This document shows, in pieces, positions 47,619-55,779 of a DNA stretch of 64,000 bases. The number at the start of each line of letters is the position of its first letter. The first letter of the stretch is position 1. The translations under genes and the position numbers were made by a program. The DNA comes from Candidatus Magasanikiibacteriota bacterium (GTDB lineage: Bacteria; Patescibacteriota; Patescibacteriia; Magasanikbacterales; GWA2-37-8). The stretch is from NCBI GenBank assembly GCA_026396515.1, contig JAPLWQ010000003.1, positions 26,204 through 90,203 on the forward strand. Reading direction: 5' to 3'. Under the pieces are notes generated by a model. The model was not told the origin of the DNA. It did no database searches and saw nothing but the letters and a program-made list of their open reading frames with translations.

Positions 47619-48013
47619 ATATCATGAACATTCTTGGCTGGTCATATTGGTTTCAGCAGCCATATATAGCGCGAGGGACAACTATGTGGATTTGGGTGAT
47701 TATTTTTTTGGCGGCGATTTTCGGCGGTTTAATTTTGAAATTTGTCCAACAACAATTGTCTGAAAAATATAAAAAGAAAATGGCGAACAGCTTCTCCAAT
47801 GTCGGGCTGACTTCCGGCCTGCTTGGCTTACTCTGGCTTTTTCTCCGCCAGGAGCAGGTGCCGTTTCTGGCCTGGCGTTTCTGGCTGTTGTTTTTAGTGG
47901 CTTATGCCCTCTATGTAGTTATTAAGAATTTAAAGTTTATTATTACCCGTTTACCGGAGATTCGCGCTGAACATGCCGATAAAGCCTTGAAGGAGAAATA
48001 TTTGCCCAAATAG
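47615..48013 (+). CDS. Hypothetical membrane protein (3 TM)
   Basis: Overlapping start/stop with neighbouring genes; hydrophobic helices. Confidence 0.4.
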   Translation: MNIMNILGWSYWFQQPYIARGTTMWIWVIIFLAAIFGGLILKFVQQQLSEKYKKKMANSFSNVGLTSGLLGLLWLFLRQEQVPFLAWRFWLLFLVAYALYVVIKNLKFIITRLPEIRAEHADKALKEKYLPK

Positions 48014-48014
48014 C

Positions 48015-48380
48015 GTGACGCGACACAATAAAAATATTGGTGATTGGGGAGAGGATCTGGCTGTGGGTTTTTTGCGGCGCCGCGGATTTGCAATCATTGA
48101 ACGCAATTTTCATACAACTCAAGGTGAAATTGACATCGTCGCCCAAAAAGGCGGCGATTATTATTTTGTGGAAGTAAAAACACGGCTGAATTTGGCTTTG
48201 GCCACGGATCTGGCGATTCACCCTCTCAAGCAGTACCGCCTGGCCAAAGCGGTAAAAGAATATTGCTATCGCCGGAATATCGGCGGCGTTGGCATAATAT
48301 ATGTAGGCATAATTGTTTTACCGGATAGGGCAAAAAAAACGGTAAAAATCAGATATGTTGTTTTGCGGAATTTATCCTGA
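48015..48380 (+). CDS. YraN-family (UPF0102) endonuclease
   Basis: GDWGEDLAVGFLRRRGFAIIERNF...GEIDIVAQ...YFVEVKTR. GTG start. Confidence 0.75.
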   Translation: MTRHNKNIGDWGEDLAVGFLRRRGFAIIERNFHTTQGEIDIVAQKGGDYYFVEVKTRLNLALATDLAIHPLKQYRLAKAVKEYCYRRNIGGVGIIYVGIIVLPDRAKKTVKIRYVVLRNLS

Positions 48381-48412
48381 AATTTAATGAAATGCGGATT
48401 CTTTTGACACTA

Positions 48413-48441
48413 TTGAATAATAATAAGAAATCCTATATAAT
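48413..48441 (+). promoter_or_regulatory. Promoter TTGAAT-17-TATAAT for ndk
   Basis: Spacing counted in the sequence. Confidence 0.45.
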
Positions 48442-48465
48442 GCCATCAAATAACTAACTAATTAT

Positions 48466-49065
48466 ATGACAAATAAAAATGAAAGAACGTTCGTAATTGT
48501 TAAGCCGGATGGCGTACAAAGATCGCTCGTCGGTGAAATTATCCGCCGGATTGAGCGCGTTGGCCTTAAACTTATTGGAATTAAATTTATTGTGCCGACA
48601 GAGGATCAGTGTTGGGCGCATTATAATAAAGATGATGTTTGGTTTGAAACCAAGGGCGCTAAAATGATTGAAAGTCGTAAGACCAATGGATTGCCGGTTG
48701 ACAAACCGGCCGTGGAATACGGCAAGGACATTGTCCGGGCTCTGGTAAAATTTATGACCTGCGGTCCGGTAGTGGCCATGGTCTGGCAGGGGAATGAATC
48801 AGCGGGAATTGTGAAAAAAATTGTCGGCGGCACTGAACCGCTTACCTCTGATGTTGGTACAATCCGCGGAGATTTGACATTGGATTCGTACGATTTGTCA
48901 GGCATGGATGACCGGGCCGTCAGAAATCTGGTGCATTGTTCTGATAAACCGGAAGAGGCGGAAAGAGAAATCAAAATTTGGTTTAAAGAAGATGAGATAA
49001 TAAAGTACCGTCTGGTCACGGAAGAAATATTGTACGATGTGAACCTTGACGGGATACTTGAATAG
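48466..49065 (+). CDS. ndk: Nucleoside diphosphate kinase (extended, 199 aa; active-site region NLVHCSD)
   Basis: ERTFVIVKPDGVQRSLVGEI, GPVVAMVW, GTIRGDL and EAEREIKIWF. Confidence 0.85.
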   Translation: MTNKNERTFVIVKPDGVQRSLVGEIIRRIERVGLKLIGIKFIVPTEDQCWAHYNKDDVWFETKGAKMIESRKTNGLPVDKPAVEYGKDIVRALVKFMTCGPVVAMVWQGNESAGIVKKIVGGTEPLTSDVGTIRGDLTLDSYDLSGMDDRAVRNLVHCSDKPEEAEREIKIWFKEDEIIKYRLVTEEILYDVNLDGILE

Positions 49066-49071
49066 CAAACA

Positions 49072-49127
49072 GAAAATGCGCCTCAATCCGGGGCGCTTTT
49101 TTAAACGAAAACGACAGCCGGGCGGCT
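49072..49127. terminator. Back-to-back terminators: gcgcc..ggcgc-tttttt for ndk and gacagcc-ggg-cggctgtc for the minus-strand gene
   Basis: Hairpins with flanking T/A tracts, seen in sequence. Confidence 0.55.
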
Positions 49128-49158
49128 GTCTTGGAAATGAGCGGGTAGGTTTTGGTGG

Positions 49159-49698
49159 TTAGAATAGACTGCGGAAATAGATAGCGCTGGTCTCTACCTG
49201 GTTGACTACGCGCGAGCCCTTCACTTGCCAGTCATCATAGATGACGGCGTTGAGTTCGGCGAGTTTTGTCTGACGTTTGGCAATGACCTTTTCGATCCCG
49301 CCGTGACATTCCAGCTCTCCGCCTGGTTTCAGGTCGCACACGGCGGCCACGTCGTTGAATTCCTTTTTTATTGGCGCCAGTTCGTAAGATATCGCCACTT
49401 GGTTGTGGCATATTGAAATTGCGAACACGATTACGAGGAGACGCAGTCCGAAGCGGATTACCTTTGGAAGGTACTTAAAGCGCCCGATGAGAAAGAGCAG
49501 TCCGATGCCGAGAATGATGTAGAGCACTATCGCATAGAACTCCTTCATCAGATCCGGCGGTGTCATGCCAAAGTCTGCTGCCCACCTGCTGGCGGTCATG
49601 TTCACGGTACTGGACAGCGCGACCATCCCAAATAAAGCGTAAATCCATTTGGTCCAGGACCCGTTGACCTGCCTTTCTTCACCTTCACGCTCTATCAT
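49159..49698 (-). CDS. Hypothetical 3-TM membrane protein with a C-terminal soluble domain; atypical GC3-rich composition; AAGGAGG RBS
   Basis: Minus-strand ORF using ctc/ctg/gtc/atc/aag/gag codons. Perfect SD (ccacaAGGAGGaaaa) 7 nt upstream of the ATG. Confidence 0.55.
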   Translation of the reverse strand: MIEREGEERQVNGSWTKWIYALFGMVALSSTVNMTASRWAADFGMTPPDLMKEFYAIVLYIILGIGLLFLIGRFKYLPKVIRFGLRLLVIVFAISICHNQVAISYELAPIKKEFNDVAAVCDLKPGGELECHGGIEKVIAKRQTKLAELNAVIYDDWQVKGSRVVNQVETSAIYFRSLF

Positions 49699-49847
49699 TT
49701 TTCCTCCTTGTGGTTTTTGTATGATAACGCCGAATTATAGCATATAAATGCGATATTGTCAAGGTTGATTGCTCGTATTTCTTATGCACAAACAAACTTT
49801 GCTACAAAGGTCAAAATTTGCTAAAATTAAGGCACAAAACATATCAT

Positions 49848-50834
49848 ATGAATATTATCGATAAAATTAAAGTTGCCGGTTTGACTGGCAGGGGAGGTGC
49901 TGAGTTTCCGACTGCCCAAAAGTGGCAGTCCGTATTAAACGCAAAAAAAGCCAACCCAAAAAAACCGGTCTATGTCGTATGCAACTTAAGCGAGGGCGAG
50001 CCGGGTGTGGACAAAGACATGCATATTGTCGAATATTTTCCCGAAGATGTGATTATTGGCATGCGGGCGGCGATTGAAACGTTTCATGCCGATAAGGCCT
50101 ATATTTTTGTTCAGAGCCATAATTTAAAAAAGGTAAAATCTCGGCTCGGCCCGTTTATCAAGCGGCTGCCCATTGTTTTCTTTCCTGAAGACCGCGGGTA
50201 CCTTGCCGGAGAAGAAACCGCCTTAATTGAAACAATTGAAGGCAATAGAACCGAACCAAGATTAAAACCTCCTTATCCGACCGAAAAAGGATTGTTTGGC
50301 TGTCCGACGCTGGTTAATAATTTAGAAACATTTTATTGTGTTTCCAGAATTTTAAGAGGTGAATATAATAGCACCAGATTTATATCTATCCGCGGAGATG
50401 CGCGGAATCCCGGAGTTTTTGAGATGCCCTGTACGGCCACCATAGAACATATTTTGAAAAAAACAAAGAATGTTCCGCGCTTCGGATATTTTGTCCAAGT
50501 GGGAGGCGGCGCGTCCGGCAACATTCTTTTGCCTGAAGAATTGGAAACAACTATTAAAGGCGCCGGTTCAATAATGATTTACGGAACCAAAAAAACAGAC
50601 GGCCGCAAACTGATGAAGAGATGGGTTGAGTTTTTTTACCGTTCAAACTGCGGAAAGTGCGCTCCCTGCCGCGAAGGAGTGTACCGTCTGCGCGAAGAGC
50701 TTGGAAAAGCGAAGCCAAACTGGTTAATATTGCGGGCAGTGTTGGAAACGATGCGCGATTCAAGTTTTTGCCCGCTGGGTAAAAGCGTTCATGAACCGAT
50801 GATGAGCTTTATGGAAAAAATCGGTGTTAAATAA
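49848..50834 (+). CDS. Compact NuoF-like (51-kDa) flavoprotein / HydB-like subunit (329 aa)
   Basis: GLTGRGGAEFPTAQKW, VVCNLSEGEPGVDKD, AGEETALIETIEGNRTEPRLKPPYP and C-terminal CGKCAPCREG...FCPLG [4Fe-4S]. Confidence 0.7.
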   Translation: MNIIDKIKVAGLTGRGGAEFPTAQKWQSVLNAKKANPKKPVYVVCNLSEGEPGVDKDMHIVEYFPEDVIIGMRAAIETFHADKAYIFVQSHNLKKVKSRLGPFIKRLPIVFFPEDRGYLAGEETALIETIEGNRTEPRLKPPYPTEKGLFGCPTLVNNLETFYCVSRILRGEYNSTRFISIRGDARNPGVFEMPCTATIEHILKKTKNVPRFGYFVQVGGGASGNILLPEELETTIKGAGSIMIYGTKKTDGRKLMKRWVEFFYRSNCGKCAPCREGVYRLREELGKAKPNWLILRAVLETMRDSSFCPLGKSVHEPMMSFMEKIGVK

Positions 50835-50841
50835 TTTTATT

Positions 50842-51360
50842 ATGCCAATGAGTGAACAAGTGGAAGCGGTGCCAAAGGAAAAGACAATTTACGTAGTGGG
50901 AGTATTTTTGTTTTTGCTCGGTGGTGTAATGCTCGCTCCTCTGTTTCCTAATCAATTTATTTCCGGTCCGATTGTAAACGCCATTTTGCTGATCGTTACC
51001 GTCATATTGGGTTTGCGCAGCGGAATACTTATGTCTTTTTTGCCGAGTGTAATGGCATTGGTCGGCGGCCTTTTGCCGGCAATATTTATCCCTTTCATTC
51101 CATTTATCATGGCCGGAAATATTATTTTTGTCACTATATTTCATTACTTGCGCCAGAAAAATTTTTGGCTCGGCGCCGGAGCGGGTAGCGTGGTAAAATT
51201 TATTTTTCTTTATATATCCAGCAAAATAATGTTTGATTATTTTACTGGTCAGACGCTTGCCGGGGCGTTTGCACTGATGATGTCTTGGAATCAACTGTAT
51301 TCTGCGGCAGTCGGCAGTTTGATCGCCTTTTTATTTCTAAAAACAATTAAACGTATTTAG
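50842..51360 (+). CDS. Integral membrane protein (5-6 TM), possibly ECF-type S-component-like, inside the hydrogenase operon
   Basis: Highly hydrophobic 172-aa ORF between the nuoF-like gene and hydA; no catalytic motif. Confidence 0.35.
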   Translation: MPMSEQVEAVPKEKTIYVVGVFLFLLGGVMLAPLFPNQFISGPIVNAILLIVTVILGLRSGILMSFLPSVMALVGGLLPAIFIPFIPFIMAGNIIFVTIFHYLRQKNFWLGAGAGSVVKFIFLYISSKIMFDYFTGQTLAGAFALMMSWNQLYSAAVGSLIAFLFLKTIKRI

Positions 51361-51364
51361 TGTT

Positions 51365-53164
51365 ATGCCGAAAAAATTTCAAATAAAGATTGACGGGAAA
51401 AATATCGACGCCATGGAAGGTGAAACAATTTTGCAGGCGGCTTTGAGGTCTAATATTGATATTCCGCATCTCTGCCAGCACCCCGACCTGTCTGTACGCG
51501 CCAATTGCCGGATGTGTATGGTGAGCGTGAAGGGAATACGCTCGCTTGTCACCGCTTGTTCCACTAATGTGGCGCCGGGAATGGAAATAATTTCGAAATC
51601 GCCGGCAATAAAACGATCGCGCAAATTTAATTTGGAAATGATTTTCGGCGAGCATGTGGAAGATTGCCCTGTTTGCGTTTGGAATTCACGCTGTGATTTG
51701 CTTAAATACCGCAAAGAGCTTAATTCAAAAATGCTACGGTTTGAAGACCGAAAAGTTAGGCGTCCGATCTACGAGTTCGGTCCGATTGTTTTTGATCAGA
51801 CGAAATGTATTGATTGCCGAAATTGTGTGGAAGTTTGCCCTGTGGAATATTTGGAAGTGAGCGGTAAAGGTTCAGAAATTGGCATTGAGCCGTCGGCGAA
51901 TAGAAAGAAGGATTGTATTGCCTGCGGCCAGTGTATAGTACATTGCCCGGCTGGAGCGATAAAATCCGTCGGCGAATATTCGGCGATTGATAAGTTGGAA
52001 AAATTATTTAAACAAAAAGATAAGATTGTAGTAGTGCAGTTCGCCCCCTCGATCAGAGTCTCGATCGGTGAAGAGCTTGGCCTGCCTTATGGCGCCGCTG
52101 CCACCAATCAGCTCTCTGCCGGTTTGCGCGCGCTGGGATTCAATTATGTTTTTGACACTTCTGCTGCTGCTGATTTTACCACTATTGAAGAGGCGTCCGA
52201 AGCGGTCGAGAGAATAAAAAAAGGAGAGAATCTGCCGATATTTACATCCTGTTGTCCTTCCTGGGTGATGTTTATGGAATTTAATCGTCCGGATTATGTG
52301 AAACATTTAAGCACGGCGCGTTCGCCCGAGATTATGCTTGGCGGACTGATTAAAACCTATTGGGCGGAAAAAGAAAAAATTGATCCGAAACAGATAATTT
52401 CCGTTTCAGTAATGCCTTGCACCTCCAAAAAGTTTGAAATTGAAAGGCCGGAATTTAAGATTAATGGCTTGAAGCCGGTGGATATTGTAATAACCACACG
52501 CGAGCTGTCCCGCTGGCTCTTAAATAAAAAAATTGATCTGAAAAAAATAAAGCCGTCCATGGCTGACAATCCGTTTGGCGATCCGTCCGGCGCCGGTGTC
52601 ATCTACGGCGCCTCCGGCGGTGTCATGGAATCGGCTTTGAGAACCGCTTATTGGATCTTAACCGGAGAGAATTTGAAAGACTACAACTTGTTTAAAAATG
52701 TGCGCGGTTTGGACGGAATTAAAAGAGCGGTGATTAAACTGCCGCGTCCGCTTAAAACCGCAAAAGGCGTGCGCACTGAACTTCGGGTAGTTGTGACCAA
52801 TATGATAAAAAACGCGAGGTTAATTCTTGATGAGTTGAAGAAAGATCCTTCGGCCTATGATTTTGTGGAAGTGATGACTTGCCCGGGCGGATGTATTGGC
52901 GGGGGAGGCCAATCAATGCCGGTAGATAATTCCATACGCGAACGTAGGGCTTCCTCCCTTTACGTGATTGATGGTGAGAAAAAAATTCGGTTGGCGCACG
53001 AGAATCCGGCTGTGCTTAAGGCTTATGACGATTATTTCAAGGATGTTAATAAGAAGCACCTGGTTTTCCATACAAAATTTTATCCGAAAAATAGGACTAA
53101 AATAATTACCCGGCGCCGGGTAAAAGCTGATGGGGCCCTACAGAGCGATAAATATAAAAAATAA
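51365..53164 (+). CDS. hydA: [FeFe]-hydrogenase catalytic subunit HydA
   Basis: N-terminal [2Fe-2S] and His-ligated cluster; two CxxCxxCxxxCP ferredoxin motifs. H-cluster motifs TSCCPSW (L1), MPCTSKKFE (L2) and EVMTCPGGCIGGGGQ (L3). Confidence 0.9.
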   Translation: MPKKFQIKIDGKNIDAMEGETILQAALRSNIDIPHLCQHPDLSVRANCRMCMVSVKGIRSLVTACSTNVAPGMEIISKSPAIKRSRKFNLEMIFGEHVEDCPVCVWNSRCDLLKYRKELNSKMLRFEDRKVRRPIYEFGPIVFDQTKCIDCRNCVEVCPVEYLEVSGKGSEIGIEPSANRKKDCIACGQCIVHCPAGAIKSVGEYSAIDKLEKLFKQKDKIVVVQFAPSIRVSIGEELGLPYGAAATNQLSAGLRALGFNYVFDTSAAADFTTIEEASEAVERIKKGENLPIFTSCCPSWVMFMEFNRPDYVKHLSTARSPEIMLGGLIKTYWAEKEKIDPKQIISVSVMPCTSKKFEIERPEFKINGLKPVDIVITTRELSRWLLNKKIDLKKIKPSMADNPFGDPSGAGVIYGASGGVMESALRTAYWILTGENLKDYNLFKNVRGLDGIKRAVIKLPRPLKTAKGVRTELRVVVTNMIKNARLILDELKKDPSAYDFVEVMTCPGGCIGGGGQSMPVDNSIRERRASSLYVIDGEKKIRLAHENPAVLKAYDDYFKDVNKKHLVFHTKFYPKNRTKIITRRRVKADGALQSDKYKK

Positions 53165-53174
53165 TAGATACTTT

Positions 53175-54863
53175 ATGCCCATGGAAAAGAAATCACCAAT
53201 TTATACCATATTGGTCGGCGGCGCAGCCGGAGACGGCGCTAAAGAGGCGGCTATAAATTTCGGCCGGCTGGCGGCTAAACACGGTTATGAATTTTTTTTG
53301 TCAGTGGAATATCCGTCGCTTATCCGGGGCGGGCATAATTATGCGCGTGTAAGCATATCCTCCAAAAAAGTTTTTTGTGATTCAGCCGAGCTCGATGCGG
53401 TGGTGGCTCTTAATGATGAAACAGTTGAAAAACATCGGTCTGAAATAAAAAAAGGCGGAATGATTTTTTTAGACAGTGCTGAGGATGCCGGGAAGAAAGG
53501 GTTGATAAATATTCCGGCGAGCGCCTGGGTTAAAGAAGAAAATTTGCCGCGTCTTTTTAGGGCCAGCGCACTGCTTGGCGCCGTCTGCCGATATTATAAT
53601 TTTGATATTGTTGAGCTGAACAATATTTTTAAAGAAATTTTCGGTGAAAAAGCCGGGCCGAATATCTTGCTGGCCAAAAAGGGCTATGAGTTTTTGCAGA
53701 GTAAAAATGTTCAGCAAGTATTTCTGCCGCGCCGTAAGTGCGCCGGGAAAATGGTGCTTGACGGGAACGAAGCTTTTTCGGAAGGATTAGTTAAAGCAGG
53801 CCTGAAGAATTACTTTGGCTACCCCATGACGCCCTCTTCTTCCATATTGCATTATCTGGCAAAGAAGGCGAAAGAATATAAATTGAAAGTGGTTCAGCCG
53901 GAAAATGAAATTAGCGTTATAAACATGGCACTTGGCGCTTCATATGCCGGCAGTCGGACTGCGATAGCATCCACCGGCGGCGGTTTCGCTCTTATGCTTG
54001 AGGCGATGGCTTTTGCCGGAGTAGCCGAGATTCCAATCGTCGTGGTCGATGCCCAGCGCGCTTCAACCTCAACCGGCGTACCGACACGGACCGGACAGGG
54101 CGATCTTGATTTCGTCCGTCATTTACCGGGAGAGTATCCGAGAATTGTGCTGGCGCCCGGAGATGCCGACGAGGCGTATCTTATAGCCGGCGCAGCCATG
54201 AATCTGGCGTGGAAATTTCAATCGCCGGCCGTTGTGTTGCTTGACAAGCATTTATCCGAAAGTGTTTCCACTGTTGACTTGCAGACAAATAAAGTTAAAA
54301 TTGAAAACCCAAAGATAGCCGGCAACGGTGCCGCTTACCGCCGCTACGCATTTTCGCCGGATGGCGTGTCGGCGCTGGCGTTTCCCGGTGAGAAAGGCAA
54401 AGTAGTAAAAATATCCAGTTATGAGCACGACGAAGATGGATATATTTGTGATGGCGTGGAAAACGCCAAAAAAATGTGCGAAAAGCGTTTTGCCAAGACA
54501 AAAGGCATTGTCGTGGAAAGAAAAAAATATGATTCAATAAAAATTTACGGTGATAAGAAAGCGAAGAATGCCGTAATTTTTTGGGGTTCGGTAAAAGGCC
54601 CGATGCTTGAGGCGATGCGCGCGGTCAAGCGGCCATATAAAGCGGTCCAAATTGTCTGGTTGGAACCGTTTGATACTGATCGTTTTTTGAAAGAAATAAA
54701 AGGTGTAAAAAAATTGGTGATAGCGGAAAATAATTTTACCGGACAGCTGGCTAAGCTAATACGGGAGAAAACCGGTGTAGAAATAAAAAATAAGATATTG
54801 AAATATGATTCTTTGCCTTTTGACGTTCGGGAATTGGCAAAAAAATTAGATAAGATATTTTAA
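53175..54863 (+). CDS. 2-oxoacid:ferredoxin oxidoreductase, fused gamma-alpha subunit
   Basis: N-terminal POR-gamma-like domain (ILVGGAAGDGAKEA...IRGGH), then an alpha domain (GYPMTPSS). Confidence 0.75.
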   Translation: MPMEKKSPIYTILVGGAAGDGAKEAAINFGRLAAKHGYEFFLSVEYPSLIRGGHNYARVSISSKKVFCDSAELDAVVALNDETVEKHRSEIKKGGMIFLDSAEDAGKKGLINIPASAWVKEENLPRLFRASALLGAVCRYYNFDIVELNNIFKEIFGEKAGPNILLAKKGYEFLQSKNVQQVFLPRRKCAGKMVLDGNEAFSEGLVKAGLKNYFGYPMTPSSSILHYLAKKAKEYKLKVVQPENEISVINMALGASYAGSRTAIASTGGGFALMLEAMAFAGVAEIPIVVVDAQRASTSTGVPTRTGQGDLDFVRHLPGEYPRIVLAPGDADEAYLIAGAAMNLAWKFQSPAVVLLDKHLSESVSTVDLQTNKVKIENPKIAGNGAAYRRYAFSPDGVSALAFPGEKGKVVKISSYEHDEDGYICDGVENAKKMCEKRFAKTKGIVVERKKYDSIKIYGDKKAKNAVIFWGSVKGPMLEAMRAVKRPYKAVQIVWLEPFDTDRFLKEIKGVKKLVIAENNFTGQLAKLIREKTGVEIKNKILKYDSLPFDVRELAKKLDKIF

Positions 54864-54867
54864 ATAT

Positions 54868-55638
54868 ATGATTGACTTTTCCACAAAAGCAAAAAATACA
54901 TGGTGTCCCGGTTGCACTAATTTTTCAATTTTAGCCGCTTTTAAAAATGCGCTCAATGATCTGGCGGGGGAGGGTTACTCAAAGGATAATTTTGTCATGG
55001 TTGCCGGCATCGGTTGCCATGGAAAAATACCGGATTATGTGGATATTAACAGTTTTATGTCTTTGCATGGCCGTGATGTTGCTTCGGCCGAGGGCATTAA
55101 AGCTGGTAACCCCAATCTGACAGTGGTTTCTTTTGCCGGAGATGGCGACGCCTATGCCGAAGGCATGGAGCATTTGGTGCATGCGGCTAAGCGTAATGCC
55201 AATATCACTTTGTTCGTGCATAATAATCAGGTTTTTGGTCTAACTACCGGACAGGTGACCCCAACCAGCCCTAAGGGCTATCGCGGCCGTTCTACGCCAT
55301 TTGGCAGCCCTGAGGAGCCGCTTAACCCTCTCGCAGTACTGCTCGCGTCCGGCGCCACCTTTATCGCCCGTGCTTGGGCGTTGGACCCGGATAAGCTGAA
55401 AGAAATAATGAAACGCGCGGTAAAGCATAAGGGGTTTTCCATTGTGGATATAATCCAGCCATGTATCACTTTCAGCGATACCAGGGCGCATTTTAAGGAT
55501 AAAGTTTTTTATCTTGACCAAAATTGGCCGACAAATGATTGGAGCAAGGCGATGCAAAAAATTCGTGAGAATTCCGACAAAGTTCCGCTGGGAGTTATCT
55601 ATGAAATTAATAAACCGGTATTTGAAGAACAGCTATGA
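54868..55638 (+). CDS. 2-oxoacid:ferredoxin oxidoreductase beta subunit (TPP-binding)
   Basis: WCPGCTNF; GDGDAYAEG TPP motif. Confidence 0.8.
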   Translation: MIDFSTKAKNTWCPGCTNFSILAAFKNALNDLAGEGYSKDNFVMVAGIGCHGKIPDYVDINSFMSLHGRDVASAEGIKAGNPNLTVVSFAGDGDAYAEGMEHLVHAAKRNANITLFVHNNQVFGLTTGQVTPTSPKGYRGRSTPFGSPEEPLNPLAVLLASGATFIARAWALDPDKLKEIMKRAVKHKGFSIVDIIQPCITFSDTRAHFKDKVFYLDQNWPTNDWSKAMQKIRENSDKVPLGVIYEINKPVFEEQL

Positions 55639-55779
55639 CCCCGTAGAGAAATTTTGAATGATTATTATTAAATTTTTCAGTAAAAATATGAAAAAGGAAA
55701 TATCGTCTCAACTGACTTTTTTTATGAAACAAAAACATAATAATCGAATAAAAATTTATTCAAAATTCTTCTACGGGGT

